A stretch of DNA of 64,000 nt, taken from the IMG/VR virus record IMGVR_UViG_3300035696_000032; one strand, written 5' to 3'. Shown piece by piece: positions 18,984 to 27,120 of the stretch (its first letter is position 1; each line of letters starts with the position of its first letter). Source of the DNA: an uncultured virus (IMG/VR IMGVR_UViG_3300035696_000032). Taxonomy: Duplodnaviria > Heunggongvirae > Uroviricota > Caudoviricetes. Below the pieces are notes generated by a model. That model was given only the letters and a program-made list of their open reading frames with translations, did not search any database and was not told the DNA's origin. Made by a program: the position numbers and the translations under genes.

Positions 18984-20018
18984 GTGAGGCACACGCAGAC
19001 CCTCAAGGTCTGGTCCGTGGCGATGGACGGCGATATGTTCGACGTTCGGCTCGTCGAGGACTTGGACGACCCGAACCGGCAGAAGGTCCACTTCCGCTAT
19101 CCGCGCGCCGTGAACTCGAACGGCTGCCCGTTCCGTATGGGCTCGACCTGGGAGTACACGGTAGAGGAGAGCGGAGAAATCCGCGTGCGCGAGGCAACTC
19201 CGTGACCTGCGACGACCCCGCGCACCGGGCGCTCGTAAGCGAGGTCCAGGGGCTTCGGACGTTCAAGAAACGTATCGAGGCAGCATGGAAAACCGCGAAC
19301 GAAACGACCGCGAAGCGGAGGAACTTCATCATCGGTCAGAAGCTCCGGCGCCTGGTGCGCGAAGCCCTGGAGGACGCTGGCGTTCGGACTTGGGTCGACC
19401 GCCCCTGCCCCGAGTGCGGTGAGATTCATCCCGGGGGCGTGGTCATCCTCGACGACAACCCCGCCAGCCTCGCCATGTACGCGGAACTGCACCCGAAGAC
19501 GTGGAAGTCCATCGAGGACGCGCTCCCATGAAGACCAAGGCCGAGCGGTTGGAGGAGTTCGTGAGGTACCTCGCGTCCCGAGAGTGGACCGTGACGATTG
19601 CACCGCCCGCGACGACTGGCTGGGCCGACCTCCAACGAGAGGCGATGGATTTGACGCACACCGAGAGGTGCCGCTGCCACGCGCTGAAGGACATCGGCAA
19701 GCCGTGCCGGGAGTGCGGTTGGAACGGGCCATGACCGACGGCGCGAGCGCGAAGGCGCAGTTCCGGACCGCCGCGTTGCTGATGGACCAGGCCGCTCAAC
19801 ACCGCTTGGATGCACGGTTCGTCAAGATGCTCGAAGACCGGTTCGACGGGGACGCGGAGACATGGGAGCAGGATTTCGACACCCTCCCGGGGCACCTCCA
19901 GGAGTTCTTCGAGCGGTTGGGCGGCAAGATTATCGGGCTAGGGGGCCATCGGGCCAGCATCGCGTTCGCCGCAGCCTACGCGGAAGGAATCCGGATGGGT
20001 CGAGAGGGTCAGCCGTGA
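18984..20018 (+). other. Four coupled hypothetical ORFs (18984-19205, 19202-19531, 19528-19734, 19731-20018)
   Basis: 4-bp start/stop overlaps; CxxC motifs in two. Confidence 0.6.
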
Positions 20019-20023
20019 TGGAT

Positions 20024-20158
20024 GCCGGGGTAGCTCAGCTTGGCAGAGCACCTCTGAAAGGCGCCGCGGAGACGGCCATTAGGCCGCAGTACTCGGCAAC
20101 TTGGGGCCTAGGACCCAAGCAATCGGAGGGGTCAGCGGTTCAAATCCGCTCCCCGGCG
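20024..20158 (+). ncRNA. tRNA-scaffold RNA with a structured insert replacing the anticodon loop
   Basis: Acceptor GCCGGGG/CCCCGGC, D arm GCTC/GAGC, T arm AGCGG-TTCAAAT-CCGCT; about 65-nt insert. Confidence 0.75.
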
Positions 20159-20289
20159 CCCAATCAGGGTCCGCCCGCTCGTATGCCGGTCAGGTTAACC
20201 AAAGCCCTTCCGGGGGTGAGGGGAGTTCCCAAGGCGCTGGTACCGGACCAGACTCCCCGTAGGCGCCGGCCGAGACATGGACGGACAAC

Positions 20290-20368
20290 GCCGGGGGGAG
20301 GGCCCATGAATCGCGGGGGAGGGCGCCCGAGCCCGCGGGGAAGGCGGGTTCAAATCCCGCCCCCGGCT
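20290..20368 (+). ncRNA. Degenerate tRNA-like element
   Basis: Acceptor GCCGGGG/CCCCGGC and T arm GCGGG-TTCAAAT-CCCGC; no canonical D or anticodon arm. Confidence 0.5.
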
Positions 20369-20390
20369 TAGGGCGGTTGGTGAGCCCGGA

Positions 20391-20768
20391 TTGACCGAAA
20401 TCCTACCGGACCTGCATGTTGGGGACATGGCTGACGGGGCCATATGGCCCGGAGCGAAGGTATGCGTGCTGGAGGCCCCGTGCGGCCACCCAGGCTGCGA
20501 ATGGGTTCCCATCCTCTCCGTGGTCGATGGACAGCTCCGGGCGGCCCGTACGGCCCTGGATAAGGCCGCCGGGCTATACGACCGACACCACGGGCTCGGT
20601 CCGGTGCTCTTTCACTGCGGGGCGGGCATCGAGCGGTCCCCGCTCGTGGTGGCTTACATCCTCGTGACCCGCCACGGGATGACATGGGAGGCCGCCTACA
20701 GCCTACTCCGGTCGCGGCGACCACAGGTGCAGGACCGGTCGGTCTGGTTCGCGGATTCCCATGTGTGA
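20391..20768 (+). CDS. Dual-specificity (Cys-based) phosphatase
   Basis: VLFHCGAGIERS (HCxxGxxRS); AYSLLRSRRP. Confidence 0.85.
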   Translation: MTEILPDLHVGDMADGAIWPGAKVCVLEAPCGHPGCEWVPILSVVDGQLRAARTALDKAAGLYDRHHGLGPVLFHCGAGIERSPLVVAYILVTRHGMTWEAAYSLLRSRRPQVQDRSVWFADSHV

Positions 20769-20881
20769 CTGCCTCCCCGGCCTCTTCTGCGAGTGCTGGC
20801 AGGTTCCGGGCTGCGATGGGGTCTGCGGGGAAGCGATGGCCGAGAAGGCACGTCTAAATAGCGCGAAGCTATCCTCGGCTC

Positions 20882-21532
20882 GTGCGCGCGGCGGACCTCC
20901 CCGAGGTCAAGAGCCTGGATGAAGAAGCGCCCGCAGTCATCGCCGACCTGTTCAACGAACTGAAGGCGACCCTATCCCGCGCTCAGCGGGATGGCGAGGG
21001 AATCGAACTCAGCAACGCGGTCCGTCGGTTTCTCGACCGCTGCGGTCAGAAGGGTCCCCTCGTCGAGGCGCTGGACCACGCACTGTCGATGCTTCGCGTC
21101 CTGGCCGAGTACCTCGGATTCGACTGGGAGGACATGGAGGTTATCGCCAAGGAACGCGAGAGGGATGGGCTGTCGGTCCTCCCCGACCCCATCGAGCGCG
21201 TTCCCGAACTGCCGGTGTTCCCGTCCCCGCCCGTGCCGCCGTCCGCTCCGAACTGGCCCGGCCCATTCACACCGGGCACGGGGACGATTCCAATCATCAT
21301 CACAACCCAGCCGAACACGACGGGGACCATCACCATCACGACAACCCCGGCCGTCGACACGACCTGGTCCTCCGCGGTCACGAACGCGAGCGCGACGGTA
21401 TGCCTGCCACAGGGTTCCTCCTACGCGGTCTACGACGCCAACGGCAACGCGGTCCAGTTCAACGCTTGCAACGGGAGCGCCTTTACGGCGCCCACCTCGT
21501 TCTTCGTCAAGTCCCGGAAGCCCGGGAAATAG
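20882..21532 (+). CDS. Hypothetical protein
   Basis: Helical N-terminus, Pro/Thr-rich C-terminus. Confidence 0.65.
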   Translation: MRAADLPEVKSLDEEAPAVIADLFNELKATLSRAQRDGEGIELSNAVRRFLDRCGQKGPLVEALDHALSMLRVLAEYLGFDWEDMEVIAKERERDGLSVLPDPIERVPELPVFPSPPVPPSAPNWPGPFTPGTGTIPIIITTQPNTTGTITITTTPAVDTTWSSAVTNASATVCLPQGSSYAVYDANGNAVQFNACNGSAFTAPTSFFVKSRKPGK

Positions 21533-21540
21533 GCCCAACC

Positions 21541-21566
21541 TAGGGCTCAAATAGCCTCAGCCGGGT
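21541..21566 (+). promoter_or_regulatory. Class L promoter motif
   Basis: AGGGCTCAAATA-N7-CCGGGT. Confidence 0.7.
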
Positions 21567-21639
21567 TGTGTTGTCAGGTCGAAGAAACCCCGCGGCCTGC
21601 CTCCGGGCCCCGAACGATTGGTCCGGCGGGTAGGGGGCG

Positions 21640-22194
21640 ATGTACATGGCATCGAACAACAAGACCTTCAGCATCACCCTGACGAGCACGCAACTCTACT
21701 GGGCATACCTGTTCCTGGTCATCGGTGACGTTGCCCTCGCCTACGTCGCCAAGATTCTGCCGGCCAGCTACGGAGCGGACGGGCTGAGCGCGATTGCGAT
21801 TGCGTTCTTCGCAACCCTCTCGCACGACTACTCGACCGCGCACACGCCGAACGGTATCCCAACGTGGCTGGCGTACGTCATCACGACCGCTGCCGGCGCG
21901 GCAGTGGGAGCGATTGGCTACTTCACCGGCAACGGGGACATCACGACGACCGCCTTCATCGCGTGGCTCATCGTGGTGCTGTCGACCATCTCCACCGACG
22001 TCGCGGAGGACGCGGGCGAGAACCTGCCAGTCTACGCGGAGACGTACGTCACGACCTTCATCGGCGTGGCCGTCACGTTCCTGACGTGGTACTCGAACAA
22101 CACTGGCGCGACTCTGTCCGCAGTGATTGCGACCATCATCGCAATCATCGTGTCGTACTTCCACGTCTCGTCGGCGGCGAAGAAGTCGGCCTGA
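21640..22194 (+). CDS. Multi-pass membrane protein (possibly holin-like)
   Basis: About six hydrophobic helices; short basic C-tail. Confidence 0.7.
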   Translation: MYMASNNKTFSITLTSTQLYWAYLFLVIGDVALAYVAKILPASYGADGLSAIAIAFFATLSHDYSTAHTPNGIPTWLAYVITTAAGAAVGAIGYFTGNGDITTTAFIAWLIVVLSTISTDVAEDAGENLPVYAETYVTTFIGVAVTFLTWYSNNTGATLSAVIATIIAIIVSYFHVSSAAKKSA

Positions 22195-22288
22195 ACGGGC
22201 CGTGCGGCACGCTCTGGACTAACCCTTTCCCCCCTCTTCTTCCCTCACGCAGCGTTTAAGTAGACCCGATGACGTCCGGCAACTCCGA

Positions 22289-23332
22289 ATGGGGGCCAAA
22301 TCCGTTCGGACCTATACCTCGTCGTCAGACATCTTCGCCACCGGGACGACGCTTTCGATGACAAACGCGGGCACTTTGTCTGCCGCTTGTACGCACCCGT
22401 CTCAGGTGACCGACGTGCACACGTCGGAGCGGATTTGCACGGAGTGCGGTCTCGTCCTGGACTCCTCCCCGGTTGACATGCGCGGCATCAACACGTACGA
22501 CGTGATGGGCGCTCGACACGGGAGCGGTCTCTCGCACGGGCCAGCGACGCCGAGCTTCCGGTCGCTCTCCTCGCATCGCCCCATCGGATGGCAGGGCGTA
22601 CAGGGCTCCGAGAGGGTGAAGCGTCAGTGGCGCCGAGTCGCCGCCGCCGACCGGCACGACCTGGGGCATCGCTCGCGGTTCCTCGCGGGAGCCCACCAGG
22701 TCCGGTCGGTCGCGCTCGAACTCGGCTTACCCCCGCGGTCGGCCGACGAGGCGCTCAAGCTCCTCGTCCTGTGGCGCGAGTGCAAGTCGCGCCGCGTCCT
22801 CCCCAGGGTCGAGGTCACGATGGCGGCGGTCATCATCTACATCTCTCGCCGCGACCACCTTTTCATCAGCACGAGCCGAATCATCCACGCCTTCGGCCTG
22901 CGCTCTCGGTTCACCGCGCTGAAGGCGATGAACATGATGGAGCGAGACATGGGCTTCATGCCCGTCCAGCACTCGGCTCCCGAAATCATCGCTCACCTCG
23001 TCAACGAGTTCTCGCTGCCCACCGCCGTCGCGCGGGAGGCGGCAGGCTACGTCAGCGGTCCGCTTGAAGGTCCGTACATGCCCCAGGGTGTCGCGGGGGG
23101 AGCGGTCTACATGGCCGCGCGACAGCGGAACCTCACGGGCATCGGCGTTAATCAGGAGACCCTGGCACGGGCTTGCGGCGTCACGGCAGTGACCATCCGA
23201 AACCACTACCACAAGATTGCGAAAGCGAACGGCATCGACCCCGACGCGCCCGCCACACTGCACGGTCGATTCTCCGCCCCAGGGCACACTACATTCTGCC
23301 CGCAGTGGGCGGCCCTGGTCGGCGAGATGTGA
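22289..23332 (+). CDS. tfb: Transcription factor B (TFIIB family), divergent; start uncertain
   Basis: Zn ribbon C-x-H...ICTECGLVLD; two cyclin repeats; HTH QETLARACGVTAVTIRNHY; TTTAAGTA box near 22255. Confidence 0.85.
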   Translation: MGAKSVRTYTSSSDIFATGTTLSMTNAGTLSAACTHPSQVTDVHTSERICTECGLVLDSSPVDMRGINTYDVMGARHGSGLSHGPATPSFRSLSSHRPIGWQGVQGSERVKRQWRRVAAADRHDLGHRSRFLAGAHQVRSVALELGLPPRSADEALKLLVLWRECKSRRVLPRVEVTMAAVIIYISRRDHLFISTSRIIHAFGLRSRFTALKAMNMMERDMGFMPVQHSAPEIIAHLVNEFSLPTAVAREAAGYVSGPLEGPYMPQGVAGGAVYMAARQRNLTGIGVNQETLARACGVTAVTIRNHYHKIAKANGIDPDAPATLHGRFSAPGHTTFCPQWAALVGEM

Positions 23333-24075
23333 CGACGCTCCTCTTCGCGTGCAGGTACGGCGAAGAGTTCGAGAAGCAGCAGCAGCAGTCGCGCGAGTAC
23401 CTGAAGACGGTCCCGAAGGACTGGGAGGTCGTCGTGCTCGAAGGACGGGTCGAGGACCCCGGCGATTACGCGCGGGAACTGAACCGGCTCTGGTCCTGCG
23501 ATGGGGACCTCATGGTCCTGGAAGGCGACATCGTCCCAGGGCCTGGGCAGATGGAGGAGATGGTCCGTTGCACCGAGTGCTGGTGCGCGGTCGACTACGT
23601 CCTGCACCTCTGCGACCTCGAAGTCGTCCACATGGGCGACAAGGCGGTGGCGTCCATCTGCATGGAGCATGAGATGCCGTTACATTCGTACCGGACGAAG
23701 GACGAGTTCGCCACGAAGGGCTACAGCTTTCCGGAGGCGCAGTTGGAGCACGCGGACCTCGTCGGCCTGGGATGCACGAAGATGGGACCGGCCATGCGCG
23801 AGAGGATTCCTCCTCCGCGGGACGAAATCCCCTGGAACATCCTCGACGATTGGATTGCTCGCAAGGCCAACTTCTTCGGGCTGACCGCGCACATCCACTA
23901 CCCCCAGGCGCAGCATAACCATCCGCGCCACCCCGACAATCCGCACATCCCGATTCGGGTGGACGGGGTCTACTGCCCCTGCTATTCGCTCGCGGCTATG
24001 GCGGGCCCGGGCGCGGCGAAGCCCGTCGTCGTCCGACGGCGGCCTGGCGAACCCATTCGGGTGGTGCCGACATGA
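23329..24075 (+). CDS. GT-A-fold glycosyltransferase-like protein
   Basis: LMVLEGDIVP, GLGCTKM, late H-x-H. Confidence 0.6.
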   Translation: MTTLLFACRYGEEFEKQQQQSREYLKTVPKDWEVVVLEGRVEDPGDYARELNRLWSCDGDLMVLEGDIVPGPGQMEEMVRCTECWCAVDYVLHLCDLEVVHMGDKAVASICMEHEMPLHSYRTKDEFATKGYSFPEAQLEHADLVGLGCTKMGPAMRERIPPPRDEIPWNILDDWIARKANFFGLTAHIHYPQAQHNHPRHPDNPHIPIRVDGVYCPCYSLAAMAGPGAAKPVVVRRRPGEPIRVVPT

Positions 24076-24395
24076 GTCAAGGAGCGCAGGTGTTCGATTA
24101 CGGAGAGCGGGATTCGGCGAGCGGTCAGTACGAGCGGCACCCGGTGCAAATCGGGAAGAAACGGGTCCAGCCGCTCCGCGACACCTATCGGCACCTGGCC
24201 TGCGGAAAGACGACCTCCATCAACGACCCCAACATCGTCCTGACGTACGCCACCTCGCCGAGGTTCTACACCGGCACGTTCTGCGCTCCCTGCAAGTCGT
24301 ACTACAACCTGACCGAGTTCGTCTGGCTGCCGGACAATACGCCGATGAACGCGGTCTGCGGGGACCCGAAACTCGACCTGCGGCTGCGGAAGTAA
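24072..24395 (+). CDS. Zn-binding hypothetical protein
   Basis: HLACG...FCAPC. Confidence 0.65.
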   Translation: MSQGAQVFDYGERDSASGQYERHPVQIGKKRVQPLRDTYRHLACGKTTSINDPNIVLTYATSPRFYTGTFCAPCKSYYNLTEFVWLPDNTPMNAVCGDPKLDLRLRK

Positions 24396-24396
24396 C

Positions 24397-24936
24397 ATGG
24401 GAACCGCCCATGCCATCTACCCCTCCATCGAGGGGTGGATGTTTGACCAGGACCTCCTTCACCTGCGAAGGCGGTGCGCGGAGACGCGACCGATGGGCGG
24501 GCCCATCCTGGAGGTGGGCTCCTTCTGCGGGCTTTCGACCGCCATCCTGACCGAGGACGGGGCAGAGGTGACGTGCATCGACCCGTTCCTGGGCGGCGAG
24601 GACCTGCCCGAGCGGAACACGTACGAGACGTTCGAGGCCAACCTGCGGTCCCTGGGACGGTTCGAGCAGACCACGGTCCTGCGGAAGAAGTCGAAGGACG
24701 CCTTCCCGTACCTGGATGACGACCGCTTTCGATTGGTCTTCATCGACGGCTCGCACGAGTACCTGAACGTCCTCTTCGACATCCTGGAGGGCTACCGCGT
24801 GCTGAAGCCCGGCGGGTGGCTCGTTGTGGACGATTTCAACTGGGGCGAGCGCCTTCCCGTTCTCAACGCGCTCATCGCATCGGGGTATCGCTGGAACATC
24901 GTCCACGAGACCAAACTGGCGGAGATACGGAAGTGA
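24397..24936 (+). CDS. Class I SAM methyltransferase (Methyltransf_24-like)
   Basis: ILEVGSFCGLS, VFIDGSHEY, LKPGGWLVVDD. Confidence 0.9.
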   Translation: MGTAHAIYPSIEGWMFDQDLLHLRRRCAETRPMGGPILEVGSFCGLSTAILTEDGAEVTCIDPFLGGEDLPERNTYETFEANLRSLGRFEQTTVLRKKSKDAFPYLDDDRFRLVFIDGSHEYLNVLFDILEGYRVLKPGGWLVVDDFNWGERLPVLNALIASGYRWNIVHETKLAEIRK

Positions 24937-25493
24937 CGGTCAGTGTGGTCGTGCCCGCGCGCCGCGGACAGCACTTCGATACGTCCAGCCTTAAGGGATA
25001 CGACCAACTCATCATCGAGCGGGCGCCCGGTGGTGTGGCGCGCGCCCGGAACCTGGGCGCGGAGAAGGCCACCGGAGACGTCCTCGTGTTCATCGACGTG
25101 GATACCATCGCTGTCGGGGACCTCTCGAAGCTCGACCCATCCCGAGCGGATTACTGGACCGCGGAGTGGTTCACGCCTTTTGCGAAGCGCCCGTACACCA
25201 TCCTTGGCCTCTACTGGGCCAACATGATTCCACGCATCTTCCGCTACCCGTTCACCATCGGGCCGTTCATCGCGGTCACGCGAGCGGCCTTCGACGCGGT
25301 CGGTGGATTTCGCTTGGACGTCCTGTTCGAGGACCTCGACCTGGGCCTGCGACTCTGGCAGCACGACTTCCGACTCGGCTTCGCGCCCGGCGTCCGCGTG
25401 CACATCATCCGCCCCTTCCTGCTTCCCAGCAACGGGGCTCACACCGCGAGCAGTCGGGCGCGCCTCGGGCTTCGATATGCCGGTCGCAAGTGA
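24933..25493 (+). CDS. Family 2 glycosyltransferase
   Basis: VSVVVP, ARNLG, FIDVD, GGF...EDLDL. Confidence 0.9.
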   Translation: MTVSVVVPARRGQHFDTSSLKGYDQLIIERAPGGVARARNLGAEKATGDVLVFIDVDTIAVGDLSKLDPSRADYWTAEWFTPFAKRPYTILGLYWANMIPRIFRYPFTIGPFIAVTRAAFDAVGGFRLDVLFEDLDLGLRLWQHDFRLGFAPGVRVHIIRPFLLPSNGAHTASSRARLGLRYAGRK

Positions 25494-25494
25494 C

Positions 25495-25580
25495 CGGAGG
25501 GAGGGGGATTCGAACCCCCAACTTGCTTTCGCAAGACGGCGTTAGCACCGCCGCGCCGTACCGGGTTGGGCCATCCCTCC
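25495..25580 (-). tRNA. trnS: tRNA-Ser(GCT)
   Basis: Cloverleaf, long variable arm, G73; loop GT-GCT-AA (G32). Confidence 0.9.
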
Positions 25581-25584
25581 ATAG

Positions 25585-25668
25585 TGGTGGGCGCCGGATT
25601 CGAACCGACGAAGGACCTACGCCCAGGGGCTCTTGGGGCCCCCGCAGTTGCCGCTGTGCCAGCCCACC
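25585..25668 (-). tRNA. trnL: tRNA-Leu(CAA), C33
   Basis: GGGGC-CCCAAGA-GCCCC; long variable arm. Confidence 0.88.
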
Positions 25669-25677
25669 GATGAGGAG

Positions 25678-25753
25678 CGCGCCCGGCAGGATTTGAACCC
25701 GCATCGTTCCACGTTCGAAGCGTGGCGCCATGTCCAGGTTAGGCGACGGGCGC
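25678..25753 (-). tRNA. trnR: tRNA-Arg(TCG)
   Basis: CCACG-CTTCGAA-CGTGG. Confidence 0.9.
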
Positions 25754-25754
25754 A

Positions 25755-25832
25755 TGGCGGGCTCGGCGGGATTTGAACCCGCGACCTTCAGGTTCGCAAC
25801 CTGACGCGATGTCCAGGCTACGCTACGAGCCC
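25755..25832 (-). tRNA. trnR: tRNA-Arg(GCG), encoded CCA
   Basis: TCAGG-TTGCGAA-CCTGA. Confidence 0.92.
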
Positions 25833-25835
25833 AAG

Positions 25836-25923
25836 TGGTGCTGAGAGGATTTGAACCTCTACGCGGGCTGACCCCACGCCTGCTTCTAAGGCAGGTGCGA
25901 TTACCTGATTCCGCCACAGCACC
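25836..25923 (-). tRNA. trnL: tRNA-Leu(TAG)
   Basis: CCTGC-CTTAGAA-GCAGG; long variable arm. Confidence 0.9.
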
Positions 25924-26033
25924 GAACGCCCGAGGCGCCCGGTTCTTACCGTAGCCGACGCAGGAGGAGCGGGCCCAAACTACTTCGCCGACGGTCCTCG
26001 CGCGTCATCGCGGTGCCCATACACGCTTTACTA

Positions 26034-26303
26034 TTAAAATCCGCCGCTCATCAGTCCGAGCTTCGCGGCGCAGCCACACGCCACTCCGATGTGGCGCTCG
26101 ATGTAGAAGACCCAGCCGCCGTACTCGACCGAATAGGTCTCCGGCTTGAGATGGAAGACCGGTCCAGTAATCGTCATTCCGCAGTTCGCGCAGATGATGA
26201 CGCGCGGTCCGTCTGTGAGAATGACCTCGCCCAGAGCGCCCTTTTCGAAGGGCACTGTCCCCTTCGACCGGGGAATCGTTGGGTCCCAGGAGTCTTCGCC
26301 CAT
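26034..26303 (-). CDS. Small CxxC hypothetical protein within the tRNA cluster
   Basis: CANCG...ACGC. Confidence 0.55.
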   Translation of the reverse strand: MGEDSWDPTIPRSKGTVPFEKGALGEVILTDGPRVIICANCGMTITGPVFHLKPETYSVEYGGWVFYIERHIGVACGCAAKLGLMSGGF

Positions 26304-26314
26304 CCGTCGCCGCA

Positions 26315-26407
26315 TGGGCCTCCCAGGATTTGAACCCGGACCTCATCGTCTCTTGCTGTCTCCGACAGTCCCAAGCGACGGGTGCTACCAAGTTACACCA
26401 AAGGCCC
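26315..26407 (-). tRNA. trnP: tRNA-Pro(TGG) with a 20-nt BHB intron at 37/38
   Basis: CTTG/CAAG central helix with GGA and AGA bulges; intron hairpin CTGTC-GGA-GACAG. Confidence 0.92.
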
Positions 26408-26419
26408 GCGTGGTGCGGA

Positions 26420-26493
26420 TGGGGTCGGAGCGATTCGAACGCCCATTCGCGGTTCTGGAGACCGATGTCCTAGCCGAGTTAGACGACGACCCC
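26420..26493 (-). tRNA. trnW: tRNA-Trp(CCA), intronless
   Basis: TCGGT-CTCCAGA-ACCGC. Confidence 0.9.
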
Positions 26494-26508
26494 GAAGCGG
26501 ATGCTGAG

Positions 26509-26593
26509 CGGGCGCGGCAGGATTCGAACCTGCACCTTCCAGAGGAAGAGCGGTTTTCGGGACCGCCGCATTACCGGATTGTGCCACGCGCCC
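26509..26593 (-). tRNA. trnS: tRNA-Ser(CGA), C33
   Basis: GCGGT-CCCGAAA-ACCGC; long variable arm; G73. Confidence 0.88.
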
Positions 26594-26746
26594 TCGCGGC
26601 CTGAGTCGCTATCGCCATCCCGGCGATGAGCGGCCAGACCGCGACAGGGGTCGCGGTGGCTGAAGGCGCGTGAGCTTCATGGTATGTTTCCCATGCAGGG
26701 ACTAGTATTAAATCCCAGCGGCGCTCATCCACTTCAGAGGTGAAAT

Positions 26747-26819
26747 GGGCCCGTGGCGTCAACGGTAGCGCACCAGGCCCTTAACCTGCGAGGTCGGGGT
26801 TCGAATCCCCGCGGGCCCA
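26747..26819 (+). tRNA. trnK: tRNA-Lys(CTT), C33
   Basis: CCAGG-CCCTTAA-CCTGC. Confidence 0.88.
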
Positions 26820-26847
26820 TCGGAGGCTCGAAGGCTCGCATGACAAT

Positions 26848-26918
26848 CCGGCCGTGGCGGATGGGGACGCGCCCGGCTGTAGACCGGAGCCATGCAGGTT
26901 CGAATCCTGCCGGCCGGA
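26848..26918 (+). tRNA. trnY: tRNA-Tyr(GTA), archaeal/eukaryal type
   Basis: C1-G72, short variable loop, CT-GTA-GA. Confidence 0.88.
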
Positions 26919-26965
26919 CTACAGTCGGCTATCGTGAGCGGCCGAGCGGACCCGGAGATAGGTCC

Positions 26966-27039
26966 GCTCCTCTGGCGTAACCGGTAAGCGCACCTCGTTC
27001 TCGGCGAGGGGTGTGTGGGTTCGAATCCCACGGGGAGCA
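26966..27039 (+). tRNA. trnE: tRNA-Glu(CTC)
   Basis: CCTCG-TTCTCGG-CGAGG. Confidence 0.88.
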
Positions 27040-27045
27040 TCTCAT

Positions 27046-27119
27046 GGTTCCGTGGTCCAACCCGGTTAGGATGCGCGGTTGTCAGCCGCGTGGTCCGGGT
27101 TCAAATCCCGGCGGAACCG
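27046..27119 (+). tRNA. trnD: tRNA-Asp(GTC)
   Basis: CGCGG-TTGTCAG-CCGCG; G73. Confidence 0.9.
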
Positions 27120-27120
27120 C

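Noticed and set aside
20024..20158. Ordinary intron-containing tRNA-Leu(AAG)
   Set aside because: It would need G32/A33, has no BHB and lacks the Leu variable arm. Kept as a tRNA-like RNA instead.
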